A DNA stretch of 64,000 nt from a virus. Position 1 is the stretch's first letter, and each line of letters begins with the position of its first letter. The position numbers and the translations under genes were made by a program. This document shows, piece by piece, positions 8,737 through 18,412 of the stretch. The stretch covers positions 14,993 to 78,992 of the IMG/VR virus record IMGVR_UViG_3300006802_000086. One strand, 5' to 3'. The notes below the pieces were generated by a model that was given only the letters and a program-made list of their open reading frames with translations, made no database searches and was not told the origin of the DNA.

Positions 8737-11211
8737 ATGTATACACACGAGCAAGTATTTCAAGCTAGTCTTGAGTACTTTAAAGGGGATGAGCTAGCAG
8801 CGAGCGTCTTTACAAATAAATACGCTTTACAAGATGAAAAAGGAAATTATAAAGAATCAACACCAGACGATATGCATAGAAGGCTGGCTAGAGAATTTGC
8901 GAGGATTGAGAGAAAGTATCCTAACAATATGGTTCTTGAAGAAATTTATCAACTATTAAAAGACTTTAAATATGTGGTGCCACAAGGCTCACCAATGAGT
9001 GGTATTGGAAATGAAGCAAAAATTCAATCTTTATCGAACTGCTTTGTCATTGAATCCCCTGCCGATTCTTATGGGGGAATTCTTAAGACGGACCAAGAAC
9101 AAGTTCAAATCATGAAGCGCAGGGGTGGCGTTGGTTTTGATGTGTCAAAAATTAGACCAAAAGGTATGTACACATCTAACGCAGCAAAAACAACAGACGG
9201 AATTGAAGTATTCTTAGATCGTTTCTCTAATTCATGCCGAGAAGTTGCGCAAGGCGGACGACGTGGTGCGTTAATGTTGTCAATTTCTGTTCATCATCCT
9301 CAAGTGATGGATTTTATTAAAATTAAGCGAGACTTGACACGTGTGACAGGTGCAAATATCTCAGTTCGTGTAACAGATGAGTTTATGAAAGCTGTTAAAT
9401 CTGGAACGGAGTATGTCCAACGTTGGCCAGTAGACTCTCAAACCCCAGAGGTTCATGATCACGTCGACGCAAAAGAAGTTTGGGATGCACTAATTGAAGG
9501 TGCACATGCTTCTGCTGAACCCGGGGTTTTATTTTGGGATACAGCTACACGAATGACTCCATCTGATGTATATACAGCTGATGGTTTTGGTTCTGTTTCT
9601 ACAAACCCGTGCGGCGAGATTATCTTATCACCTTACGACTCATGCCGTCTAATGCTGGTTAACCTTACTTCTTTTATTAAAAACCCGTGGACAGAAAAAG
9701 CAGAGTTTGATTATGGTCTTTTTAGAGATGTATCAAGAAAAGCACAGCGTTTAATGGATGATATGATTGATTTAGAAATTGAGCAAATTGAAAAAATCCT
9801 TGCTAAGATTGATTCTGATCCAGAAGAAGAGTCTGTAAAAGTAGCAGAAAGAAACTTATGGCAAACAATTAAAAAAGTCGCTATTGATGGTAGAAGAACT
9901 GGTTTAGGAATTACCGGCTTAGGTGATGCTCTTGCAATGTTAGGTCAAACTTATGGATCTGATGAAAGCATTAAGACGACAGAAGAAATTTATAAATGGT
10001 TGTCATTAGCATCTTACGAAGAGTCAATTCAGCTAGCCAAAGAACGTGGAAGCTTTCCTATCTGGAGCGAAGAAAAAGAGAAAGGGCACCCATTCCTTGA
10101 CAGAGTCATTTCAGAACTTACTCCTGAAGTTCAAGCTGACTATAAAAAATATGGTCGTCGCAATATTGCAAATACAACAACTGCTCCTGCTGGATCCGTT
10201 TCTTGCTTGACACAAACAACAAGTGGTATCGAGCCTGCATTTATGCTATATTATAAGCGTCGCAAGAAAGTTCAAGCTGACGAAGAAGTTATGTTTGTTG
10301 ATGATTTAGGTGATGAGTGGACAGAGTTCCTTGTGTATCATCACGGCTTTAAGGAATGGCTAGATTCTCAAGTCGGCCGTGCGTGGGTCGAACCAGAGCA
10401 TGCTGTTGCGGAGAGTCCTTATGCTGGTGCAACTGCAAATGAAATTAATTGGCGTGCAAAAGTAGAACTCCAGTCAGTTGCACAAAAGTGGATCTGCCAT
10501 GCTATCTCGAATACTACGAACTTGCCAAATGATATCGATGTAGAAACTGTGAAAGACATCTATATGATGGGCTGGGAACTAGGATGTAAGGGTGTGACTG
10601 TATACCGTGACGGTTCTCGTTCAGGTGTTCTCGTATCTACTGATGAAAAGAAGACAGAGGCAGGTATTGTCGAAAGAGACGCGCCAAAAAGACCTGAAGA
10701 GCTGGAATGCGATATCTACCATACCTCAGTAAAAGGCCAAAAATGGGTTGTTCTTATTGGCCTACTTGACGGTAAGCCGTATGAGGTCATTGGAGGCTCT
10801 GCGGATCAAATAGAGATCCCTTCTAGATTTAGAAATGGTAAACTATATAAACGAGTCTTCAAGACAAAGAACAGTAAATACGACCTTACCATTGGTGAAG
10901 ATGACAACAAGCTTGTCGTAAAAGATGTAGTATCAGTATTTGATAATCCTAATCATGCTGGCTATACAAGAGTTATTTCAACATCTCTTCGTCATGGCGT
11001 GCCAGTTCAGTATCTTGTAGAACAAATGCAAAAAGATAAAGAAATGGACATGTTTAGTTTTAGCAAGGTTATTTCACGTTGTCTTAAAAACTATATTATT
11101 GACGGAACTGAAGTCGGAAAAACATGCTCTGAGTGCGGAACTGAAGGGAGTCTAGTATATCAGGAGGGTTGTGTAACGTGCAAAAGTTGTGGAAGTGGAA
11201 AATGTGGTTAA
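8737..11211 (+). CDS. nrdJ: Class II (adenosylcobalamin-dependent) ribonucleotide reductase
   Basis: LSNCFV, GGRRGALM, TNPCGE, TTAPAGSVS, KGVTVYRDGSR, C-terminal CSECG...EGCVTCKSCG; no small-subunit gene adjacent. Confidence 0.92.
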   Translation: MYTHEQVFQASLEYFKGDELAASVFTNKYALQDEKGNYKESTPDDMHRRLAREFARIERKYPNNMVLEEIYQLLKDFKYVVPQGSPMSGIGNEAKIQSLSNCFVIESPADSYGGILKTDQEQVQIMKRRGGVGFDVSKIRPKGMYTSNAAKTTDGIEVFLDRFSNSCREVAQGGRRGALMLSISVHHPQVMDFIKIKRDLTRVTGANISVRVTDEFMKAVKSGTEYVQRWPVDSQTPEVHDHVDAKEVWDALIEGAHASAEPGVLFWDTATRMTPSDVYTADGFGSVSTNPCGEIILSPYDSCRLMLVNLTSFIKNPWTEKAEFDYGLFRDVSRKAQRLMDDMIDLEIEQIEKILAKIDSDPEEESVKVAERNLWQTIKKVAIDGRRTGLGITGLGDALAMLGQTYGSDESIKTTEEIYKWLSLASYEESIQLAKERGSFPIWSEEKEKGHPFLDRVISELTPEVQADYKKYGRRNIANTTTAPAGSVSCLTQTTSGIEPAFMLYYKRRKKVQADEEVMFVDDLGDEWTEFLVYHHGFKEWLDSQVGRAWVEPEHAVAESPYAGATANEINWRAKVELQSVAQKWICHAISNTTNLPNDIDVETVKDIYMMGWELGCKGVTVYRDGSRSGVLVSTDEKKTEAGIVERDAPKRPEELECDIYHTSVKGQKWVVLIGLLDGKPYEVIGGSADQIEIPSRFRNGKLYKRVFKTKNSKYDLTIGEDDNKLVVKDVVSVFDNPNHAGYTRVISTSLRHGVPVQYLVEQMQKDKEMDMFSFSKVISRCLKNYIIDGTEVGKTCSECGTEGSLVYQEGCVTCKSCGSGKCG

Positions 11212-11255
11212 AATGTCCATGTTGCGAATGTGATTCTTGCGATTGTCATAAATAA
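11202..11255 (+). CDS. Putative Cys-rich micropeptide MWLKCPCCECDSCDCHK
   Basis: ATG overlaps the end of nrdJ; 6 Cys + 1 His in 17 aa; not in the ORF track because of its size. Confidence 0.45.
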   Translation: MWLKCPCCECDSCDCHK

Positions 11256-11330
11256 AATTAATTAAAACTTTTAAGACATATATAGATAATTAATTAATAA
11301 TTAATATTTGTATGATAGGAGAAAATTATA

Positions 11331-12299
11331 ATGAAAATAACAAAAAAGCAACTAAATGCTCTAATTGAAAGTTTTTTATTGAATGAGGATAGCGAGGTTG
11401 ATTACGAATCTGAAGTGGGCGAAGAAGAAAATGAAACATCCGACAAAAAATCTTCTAGAGGCTACACTAAAGTTAAATATGCATCTCCATACTTAGGTAA
11501 TACACTTTCTGAATTCCAGAACTGGGCGAGTAAAAATGGAATGCCTGGAGAGTTTATGAATTATCTAGATCATCTAGAAAATATTACAAATCGATCGAAA
11601 GAGCTTGGTAACTTAACAGACTTAACAAGCGCCGGAGGTGTCGGTGCAATAGGCGGACAATTGTCAACTGAACAGGGAAGAAAAGCTTATCAACAGGAAC
11701 AAACTGACGGTATAGCACTTTTTAGAAAATTTATGACTAATGCAAATGGGCCATATACGCAACAAGCATTTAGTGCCATTACCGACAAAGCCAAATCAAT
11801 TATTGAATATATTTATTCTAACGGAGGTGCACCAGTCGGACCGGGAACTGAATGGTCACCATCTGCACTTATTGACAAAGTTAGAGGTTCACTCGCGTCA
11901 GTGTTTGGTGACACATCCCCTAGGTTTATGTGCTCTGACTCCGGTGCCATGATTGCATTAGTTCCAATGACTGTTGACTATCAAAAAAATAAGTATGTAC
12001 CTGCTTTAGAGAAAGATATGCCTCACCCTGTCGACGTCGAGCTTAAAAAGATCAGGTCTACATTATCTAAGCCACCAGGATATCAGTCTGATATTGATAT
12101 TAAAATACCTGGTAGCGATAATTATCTTGAGCCGGCATATATCGTTCCTATTCGATCTATAAACGACATAGCTACAAGCCTATCTCTTGTGGATAAATTT
12201 AATGAAAAAAATCAACTTACTAAAAGTGATATCGATCAACAAATTAGAGATAGAGGTCAAGACTTAGTAACAGTTGTAATTGCATTCACGAAGGTATAG
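11331..12299 (+). CDS. Leader-bearing hypothetical protein (putative internal virion protein)
   Basis: N-terminus MKITKKQLNALIESFLLNE; SD AGGAG; ATAATTA upstream. Confidence 0.6.
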   Translation: MKITKKQLNALIESFLLNEDSEVDYESEVGEEENETSDKKSSRGYTKVKYASPYLGNTLSEFQNWASKNGMPGEFMNYLDHLENITNRSKELGNLTDLTSAGGVGAIGGQLSTEQGRKAYQQEQTDGIALFRKFMTNANGPYTQQAFSAITDKAKSIIEYIYSNGGAPVGPGTEWSPSALIDKVRGSLASVFGDTSPRFMCSDSGAMIALVPMTVDYQKNKYVPALEKDMPHPVDVELKKIRSTLSKPPGYQSDIDIKIPGSDNYLEPAYIVPIRSINDIATSLSLVDKFNEKNQLTKSDIDQQIRDRGQDLVTVVIAFTKV

Positions 12300-12336
12300 C
12301 TTAAGCCTAACTATAGTAATAGTAGTTACAAAACTT

Positions 12337-12367
12337 AAAAGAGCAATGTACATTGCTCTTTTTTTTT
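12337..12367 (+). terminator. Rho-independent terminator overlapping the -35 of the next promoter
   Basis: AAAAGAGCAATG-TA-CATTGCTCTTTT inverted repeat plus long T run; TGTACA(12347)-N17-TATAAT(12370). Confidence 0.8.
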
Positions 12368-12412
12368 GTTATAATAAACTATAATTAAAATTGATAAATA
12401 AAAGGAGAATCA

Positions 12413-13015
12413 ATGCTTTGGAAATATAATACGTCACCCCTCATTAAAGAGTACGAACTTCACATGCAACCCGTTATTGTAACAGTCAATAAGTTTGATG
12501 AAGAGTCTGCAAAAGAGTTTCGAAACAAAGTAGCATTAGCTCACAACACTGGCCAAAAAATCATTCCAGTTGTTATTGACTCTTACGGAGGACAAGTATA
12601 TTCCCTAATGTCAATGATATCGACAATCAAAGGGTCAGAGTTGCCTATCGCAACAATCGTCCAAGGTAAGGCTATGAGCTGTGGTGCTATTCTTTTCTCA
12701 TTTGGAAAGGAAGGATATCGTTTCATTGATAGAAATGCAACAGTTATGATTCATGATGTTTCTTCAGGACAACTAGGCAAAGTTGATGAAGTTGTTGCAT
12801 CAGCGAAAGAAACTGAAAGATTAAATGAAATTGTTTATAAAATGATGGCGCAGAATTGTGGTAAAAAAGACGATTACTTTTTAAAACTAGTAGACAAGAA
12901 AAAACACGCTGACTGGTTTTTGGATGCTGAAGAATGTATAAAACATGATCTGGCAAATCATATTAGAATACCAAAAATTAACGTCAATGTGGATGTTAAC
13001 ATTGATTTTGAATAG
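12413..13015 (+). CDS. clpP: ClpP-like protease subunit
   Basis: IDSYGGQV, GKAMSCGA (catalytic Ser), VMIHD (His), DWFLDAEEC. Confidence 0.85.
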   Translation: MLWKYNTSPLIKEYELHMQPVIVTVNKFDEESAKEFRNKVALAHNTGQKIIPVVIDSYGGQVYSLMSMISTIKGSELPIATIVQGKAMSCGAILFSFGKEGYRFIDRNATVMIHDVSSGQLGKVDEVVASAKETERLNEIVYKMMAQNCGKKDDYFLKLVDKKKHADWFLDAEECIKHDLANHIRIPKINVNVDVNIDFE

Positions 13016-13043
13016 TTATCATTATTAACAGTGGGAGAGTCGA

Positions 13044-13508
13044 ATGGTAAATGAGTTAGCCCAGTATATTGGATGTACTAAAGCACTAGCGACATGGGTG
13101 CATGCTGCACATCACGTTGCAAAAGGAAAAGGATTTATTGGTGATCATGAAAGTCTTTATGGAAAAATGTATGAGGAAATAATCGATGACTTTGATAAGC
13201 TAATCGAAAAATCTATTGTTATTACAGACTCAGAAGAGATAGCATGTCCTGTTACAATTACGAAAAATTCATTGCCGTTTGTGTCTAAATTTCAGTCACC
13301 TGCAAATCTAGATTCTGACATAATTGCTGTAACTGCATTAGACTTTATGCGTCACCATGTTGATCATTTAACCTCAGTGTATCACATACTAGATAGAGCC
13401 GGTGCACTAACGCTTGGTATGGACGATTATTTGGCTGCTGCAGCAAATCAATATGAAGAATATATATATCTGCTAGGACAACGTGTTAAGAGCGGGAGGG
13501 CATATTAA
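13044..13508 (+). CDS. Dps/ferritin-like protein
   Basis: HAAHHVAKGKGFIGDHESLYGKMYEE...DKLIEK resembles the Dps ferroxidase signature. Confidence 0.65.
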   Translation: MVNELAQYIGCTKALATWVHAAHHVAKGKGFIGDHESLYGKMYEEIIDDFDKLIEKSIVITDSEEIACPVTITKNSLPFVSKFQSPANLDSDIIAVTALDFMRHHVDHLTSVYHILDRAGALTLGMDDYLAAAANQYEEYIYLLGQRVKSGRAY

Positions 13509-14401
13509 TGGATAAGGTTTTTTATAATGAAAGTTCTGCAGCGAATCTAGGTTGGAAACCAGACTGGTTCAGTTGCACTGATTTTGACGATGATTTGGTA
13601 GAAGCAATTTCAGCATGGCAAAAGAAAAATGGTCTCAAACCAGATGGTTTATGTGGTCCAGGAACTTTTAGAAGAATTTACACAGAAAGACAAAGCGAAA
13701 TTGACGATTATATACCTGATCTGATTCCGGACAAAGACGAATCCTTTATTGTACACCAAGGAAATTTTTTTCCTATTGACTGGCCAAAAGTTGTGCTTTG
13801 GTCAGAAGAAAAAGGTTATAAAGCACGCAATGGTTTTACTTCTTATTTCGAACCTCGTGATATTAAAATGTTTGTTAATCATTGGGATGTATGCTTAAAC
13901 AGTAAGACATGTTATAAAGTTTTAGCAAAAAGAGGATTAGCCGTTCATTTTCTTATTGATAATGATGGAACAATTTATCAGTTATTAGATATGAATCATG
14001 CTGCTTATCATGCAGGAAGCAAGAAACACAATCATAGTTCAATCGGTGTCGAGATATCAAATGCATATGACCCCAAATATCAAAGCTGGTATCAGAAAAA
14101 CGGCTATGGTGAAAGACCAATACTCACAGAAGAGACTGTCCATGGCAAAAGCTTAGGTGATTTTACAGGTTTTTATGATGTACAACTTAATGCGCTTAAA
14201 GCGCTTTGGAAGGCTGTTCACGAAGCAACAGGAATTCCTCTTAAGTGTCCTACCGATAAAGAGGGCAACACACTTAAAAAAGTATCAACATCAGCTGCAG
14301 CAAACAATTTCAAAGGTTTTGTTAGTCATTATCACTTGACAAATAGAAAAATTGATTGTGCAGGCTTAGATATAAATGCAATGCTAAAAGATATTAAATA
14401 A
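13508..14401 (+). CDS. N-acetylmuramoyl-L-alanine amidase (endolysin) with N-terminal peptidoglycan-binding domain
   Basis: WQKKNGLKPDGLCGPGT PG-binding motif; amidase_2 motifs VNHWD, VHFLIDNDGTIYQ, AYHAG, SIGVEI, SHYHL..KIDC. Confidence 0.9.
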   Translation: MDKVFYNESSAANLGWKPDWFSCTDFDDDLVEAISAWQKKNGLKPDGLCGPGTFRRIYTERQSEIDDYIPDLIPDKDESFIVHQGNFFPIDWPKVVLWSEEKGYKARNGFTSYFEPRDIKMFVNHWDVCLNSKTCYKVLAKRGLAVHFLIDNDGTIYQLLDMNHAAYHAGSKKHNHSSIGVEISNAYDPKYQSWYQKNGYGERPILTEETVHGKSLGDFTGFYDVQLNALKALWKAVHEATGIPLKCPTDKEGNTLKKVSTSAAANNFKGFVSHYHLTNRKIDCAGLDINAMLKDIK

Positions 14402-14503
14402 AATATTTTTACACTTTTAATGGCAATTATATAATTAATTGTTATTAGGATTACTTCTGTATTCCAAGTTTAGTTTAGTTTAGTTTTTGTTTGAGTATAG
14501 TTA

Positions 14504-17500
14504 ATGACTGCGATAAGAGTAAATGAGTCGTCGGGATCCATTGGGTCTCTACAAATTGCTGATGGATATGGAGGGTTTTTATCCGGAAGTATCATTGCAG
14601 GTTCAAATGTAACTGTACAAGATGACGGAAGCGGAAACTTTACTATAGCTAGTACCGGAGGCGGTGGAAGTATAACAGTTAACTCAGGTTCTGTTAATGT
14701 TTCCACCGTTTCTACTATTGCAGCATCAGACGGGTTTATCGTTAATGATGAAGGTAGCGGAAGGGCAGCCTTAACAGCATCAATCGGTGTATCTGAAGAC
14801 GGAACATATACAGACGGTTTATTTAAAGACTTTACACCACAAACACGGTTAGGAGTCGCAATCGATCGGTTTAATGAGATTCTTTCTCTTTTAGCACCTG
14901 CTCCAGCACCCGACCTAGACGATATAGATGTAGATGTTGACGGAACTGATGTTGAATTATCATTTGGCGCTTCTAATGACTTAGAAGGAGAAGTTACACC
15001 TTATTTTAGCGTAGGTACTGCTGCCGGTTTTTCTGCACTCGATGTTAACGATACATACTCGACAGCAGTTAGCGGAAACAATCTAAGGGCATCAGTTTTT
15101 ACAGGCACAACGCCAATAGTAGGCGATTTAAACGAAGATGTAATACAAGATCCGTCCGGGACAGGCAATAACTATCCAAACAAATCTTTTGGGAATGCTG
15201 ATCAAGGAACACTAAAATTAGAAATAAATGGATCTGTAATTCATACAGTCGATTTAACTAGTTTCACAGGCACAGGTAACCCAGGTAGCGGCACCGGTAT
15301 CACGAATTCATCCGGATCCTGTTTTACAAACTTTTCAATCGCTGGTCCTGGAACATTAGATAATGGAACTGAATTTCCTAACTTTAAGCACAGGACAGGA
15401 AAGTTTAAAGTAATTACATCTGATCAACGTCAAGGTTGGAACTATGCTAGAGTCTTGCACGAATACGGAACTACAAATCTAACAACAAACTATGTTGAGT
15501 GGGTCAACGATTCGAATGCAGACGCATTGACTGCAACAGGAAATGAAATTGACTTTACAGGCACAGGAACTGTCCACCTATCAGGCGTCGAGTATTTTAC
15601 AGGTGGGTCAGTTGAATATCGCGTAAGAGGTAACAATGTTTATAGAAATGTTTACGATACTAACAATATAACATTTACTACTTCTAATGCAGGATCATTA
15701 AGTAGCGGTGTATCATTTTCTATATCAGGTCAGTCTAAACCTACTATCGATACAGTCTCAGGTGAAGATCATACAAAAGTATTACATTTAACCGGTTCAG
15801 GTAATGTTACAGCAAATTACATGATTAACGGTTCTGTAACAGCCGGCGTTAATATTACGCATCCTTTAAAATCAAATCTTTCAAATGCCGGCCAGACAAC
15901 TGCGTCTGGGATTCTTGCTTATAATTTGTCGAATAATTCTACAAATTTAGTTGAAACTTTTAGAAGAGAAAATTTTAGAATCGTATCCGGTTCATATAAT
16001 AACCAGGCGTCACTAACAGACTCAGGAAATGTTTGGGACAGCACTGTCCATATGACAGCATCTAATGGTGCACACACAAATGGCCTACAATTTTATAATC
16101 AAAGATTATATTCACCAACAAACACACTTAACTCTGGTGATTTTAGAGATACTGACGATGGTGGTTCATTAGATAATGCACCCAGAGAAAACCCTGATTA
16201 TTCTGGAGAATCTGGCCAACGAACTTTTTATAGATGGTTTAGAAATGAAACAGGCACCACGCAATATGATTTCACAATTAATATTCAAGGAAGCGGTACA
16301 ACCATAGTTCCAGCTGCAACAGGATTAGATAGTGGCAAAATAAGAGTTTTTGTTAAGTTTCCAAATAACGGAAGTAGAGAAACTGGTTGGCTAGATTTGG
16401 CAAATGAATTTGTTTTAGACAACTATAATGACAATGACGGAGCACATACAGCAAACGGATCTCTTTCTTTTGACAACACACTAAATGCATTAAATTACGT
16501 AACCTTAGGGACAGTCGGTGTATTAGATGATGAATATATAGGATTACGAATTGAAGCTGATTCTAGTTGGACAGGTTATATTAGCCAAATAACTGTATCT
16601 TTCGGAGCGGGAACAGGTACAATAACACCCATTCCAGATTTAGATGACATTGACTGTAGTAACTCAGGAACAACAGCTTTGTTATCATTTGGTGCTACAA
16701 AATCTATAACAGGATATGAAAATGTGGGCACAACTGCTGGGTTTAGCGCTGTAGGTTTAAATGGCTTATATAATCAAACGTCAAGTGGCAATAATTTAAG
16801 AAGAGCAGTTTTTGACAAAACAACTACTATAGAGGGTGTCTTGAACCAAGACGTGAGCTTTGTTTCTCCTGACTACGTAGCAAATTCTTTTTCGGATGCC
16901 AATAGTGGATCTTTGGTTTTAGAAGTAAATGGAAGTGATTTACACTCAGTCGATTTAACCGGGGCATATAATAATGTAGGTTCTGGTGAGCCGGGTATTA
17001 ATGATGGCACCGGTGGAACATCTTTTACGGGTAATAGCGGGTTTTGGGACTTAAGTGTTTGGCGTCCTGCTGAATATGACAACGATGTTCCTTATTACTT
17101 AGAAATACAAAGAACAGGTAAATACAGAGTTCATACAGACGATCAAAGGGACGGTTGGAATTATGCCAAGGTTAAACATATTGGTAGCTGGGGAACAAGA
17201 ACTACCAACTATGTTGAATGGGTAAACGATAGTGAAAGCCAAAATAACAATATTACAGATGCAGGAACTGGGATAACGCAATTTGGCGATGATGATATAT
17301 TCCATTTGAGCGGTGTAAAATATTTTGTCAATCCGACAGGCAGTATCGAAACACGAATTAGCAATATCTATAAAAATGTCTATTCAAACGCTAGTGACGC
17401 AATATCTTTAACATCTTTGACAAATGCAAATGCAATATCAATTGTTCAAAGAGGCAGTGGTTTAACTTCGGACAGGACAGAAAATGACGGTTTTGCTCCA

Positions 17501-18412
17501 CTACAATCGTTAAATACAAATTCAGATTCTCAAAATGAAGTAACTCACATAACTGCATCAATACAGTTTAGTCAATCAACTTCTTTAAGCGGAGCTTTTA
17601 CTTCTGACACCGGTTCACAACTTTTAAATTGTGGTGGATCATTAACTTTTAAGCATCCGCTTAAAAATGATCTTACAACGTCTACACAGACTGCAACTAA
17701 TCTTTTGGTATACTCAGCAAGTGACAACTCTACTCACAACAACGAGTATTTTAATGGAGAGCAGTATAGAATACAAAGTGGTAGTTACACAACACAAGGC
17801 AGTATTACCAACGTTAGTAACGAATGGGATTCAACAACATCAATTAATGACGCAGCAGAAACAGGATTTGTTAAAGGGTTGATGGTTTACGATGGTATAT
17901 TAATATCGCCTATAAAGGGCGGTAATTCTGGCGACTTTACCAATCACGTTGAAGGCGGGGTTTTTGAAGGCCCAGACAATAATGTCGATTATAGTAGCTT
18001 GACAGAAACTAATAGAGAATATTTTAGATACTTTGAAAATACATCTAATAATGATCTTGCAAGATTTGGTATAACATTATATGGAGATGCAACTATTGTT
18101 TCCGGGTCTCATACAAAAGGTGCAGATAAAAATTGTACAATTGAATTAAAGTGCCCGGGAAAAAATCAATTTGTTGACTTAGCTAAACCCTTTTCAGTAG
18201 GGGCTGGTTCTTCTAATGAAGGTGACGGTTGTTTGTCAGGAACACTTGATGCAGCAATCGATGGAAGCGGTGCAGCAAATGAAGTTAACTTTGGTATTTA
18301 TAATGTACAAGGTCAATCATCAGGAGCTGAGTCTATTGTTTTAAGGGTTACTAGTCACAAAGATTGGACGGGTTATATTAGTCAGATTAATATCAGATGG
18401 AGTGTTCCCTAA
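14504..18412 (+). CDS. Large beta-rich virion structural protein (tail/baseplate) with internal tandem duplication
   Basis: 1302 aa, G/S/T/N-rich; two homologous ~570-aa units, each from PDLDDID to WTGYISQI. Confidence 0.7.
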   Translation: MTAIRVNESSGSIGSLQIADGYGGFLSGSIIAGSNVTVQDDGSGNFTIASTGGGGSITVNSGSVNVSTVSTIAASDGFIVNDEGSGRAALTASIGVSEDGTYTDGLFKDFTPQTRLGVAIDRFNEILSLLAPAPAPDLDDIDVDVDGTDVELSFGASNDLEGEVTPYFSVGTAAGFSALDVNDTYSTAVSGNNLRASVFTGTTPIVGDLNEDVIQDPSGTGNNYPNKSFGNADQGTLKLEINGSVIHTVDLTSFTGTGNPGSGTGITNSSGSCFTNFSIAGPGTLDNGTEFPNFKHRTGKFKVITSDQRQGWNYARVLHEYGTTNLTTNYVEWVNDSNADALTATGNEIDFTGTGTVHLSGVEYFTGGSVEYRVRGNNVYRNVYDTNNITFTTSNAGSLSSGVSFSISGQSKPTIDTVSGEDHTKVLHLTGSGNVTANYMINGSVTAGVNITHPLKSNLSNAGQTTASGILAYNLSNNSTNLVETFRRENFRIVSGSYNNQASLTDSGNVWDSTVHMTASNGAHTNGLQFYNQRLYSPTNTLNSGDFRDTDDGGSLDNAPRENPDYSGESGQRTFYRWFRNETGTTQYDFTINIQGSGTTIVPAATGLDSGKIRVFVKFPNNGSRETGWLDLANEFVLDNYNDNDGAHTANGSLSFDNTLNALNYVTLGTVGVLDDEYIGLRIEADSSWTGYISQITVSFGAGTGTITPIPDLDDIDCSNSGTTALLSFGATKSITGYENVGTTAGFSAVGLNGLYNQTSSGNNLRRAVFDKTTTIEGVLNQDVSFVSPDYVANSFSDANSGSLVLEVNGSDLHSVDLTGAYNNVGSGEPGINDGTGGTSFTGNSGFWDLSVWRPAEYDNDVPYYLEIQRTGKYRVHTDDQRDGWNYAKVKHIGSWGTRTTNYVEWVNDSESQNNNITDAGTGITQFGDDDIFHLSGVKYFVNPTGSIETRISNIYKNVYSNASDAISLTSLTNANAISIVQRGSGLTSDRTENDGFAPLQSLNTNSDSQNEVTHITASIQFSQSTSLSGAFTSDTGSQLLNCGGSLTFKHPLKNDLTTSTQTATNLLVYSASDNSTHNNEYFNGEQYRIQSGSYTTQGSITNVSNEWDSTTSINDAAETGFVKGLMVYDGILISPIKGGNSGDFTNHVEGGVFEGPDNNVDYSSLTETNREYFRYFENTSNNDLARFGITLYGDATIVSGSHTKGADKNCTIELKCPGKNQFVDLAKPFSVGAGSSNEGDGCLSGTLDAAIDGSGAANEVNFGIYNVQGQSSGAESIVLRVTSHKDWTGYISQINIRWSVP

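Noticed and set aside
12300-12311. CTTAAGCCTAAC shared with 30203-30214 near the ends of two cassette genes (possible att site)
   Set aside because: A 12-mer match is expected by chance in 64 kb of AT-rich DNA, and its orientation relative to the genes differs.
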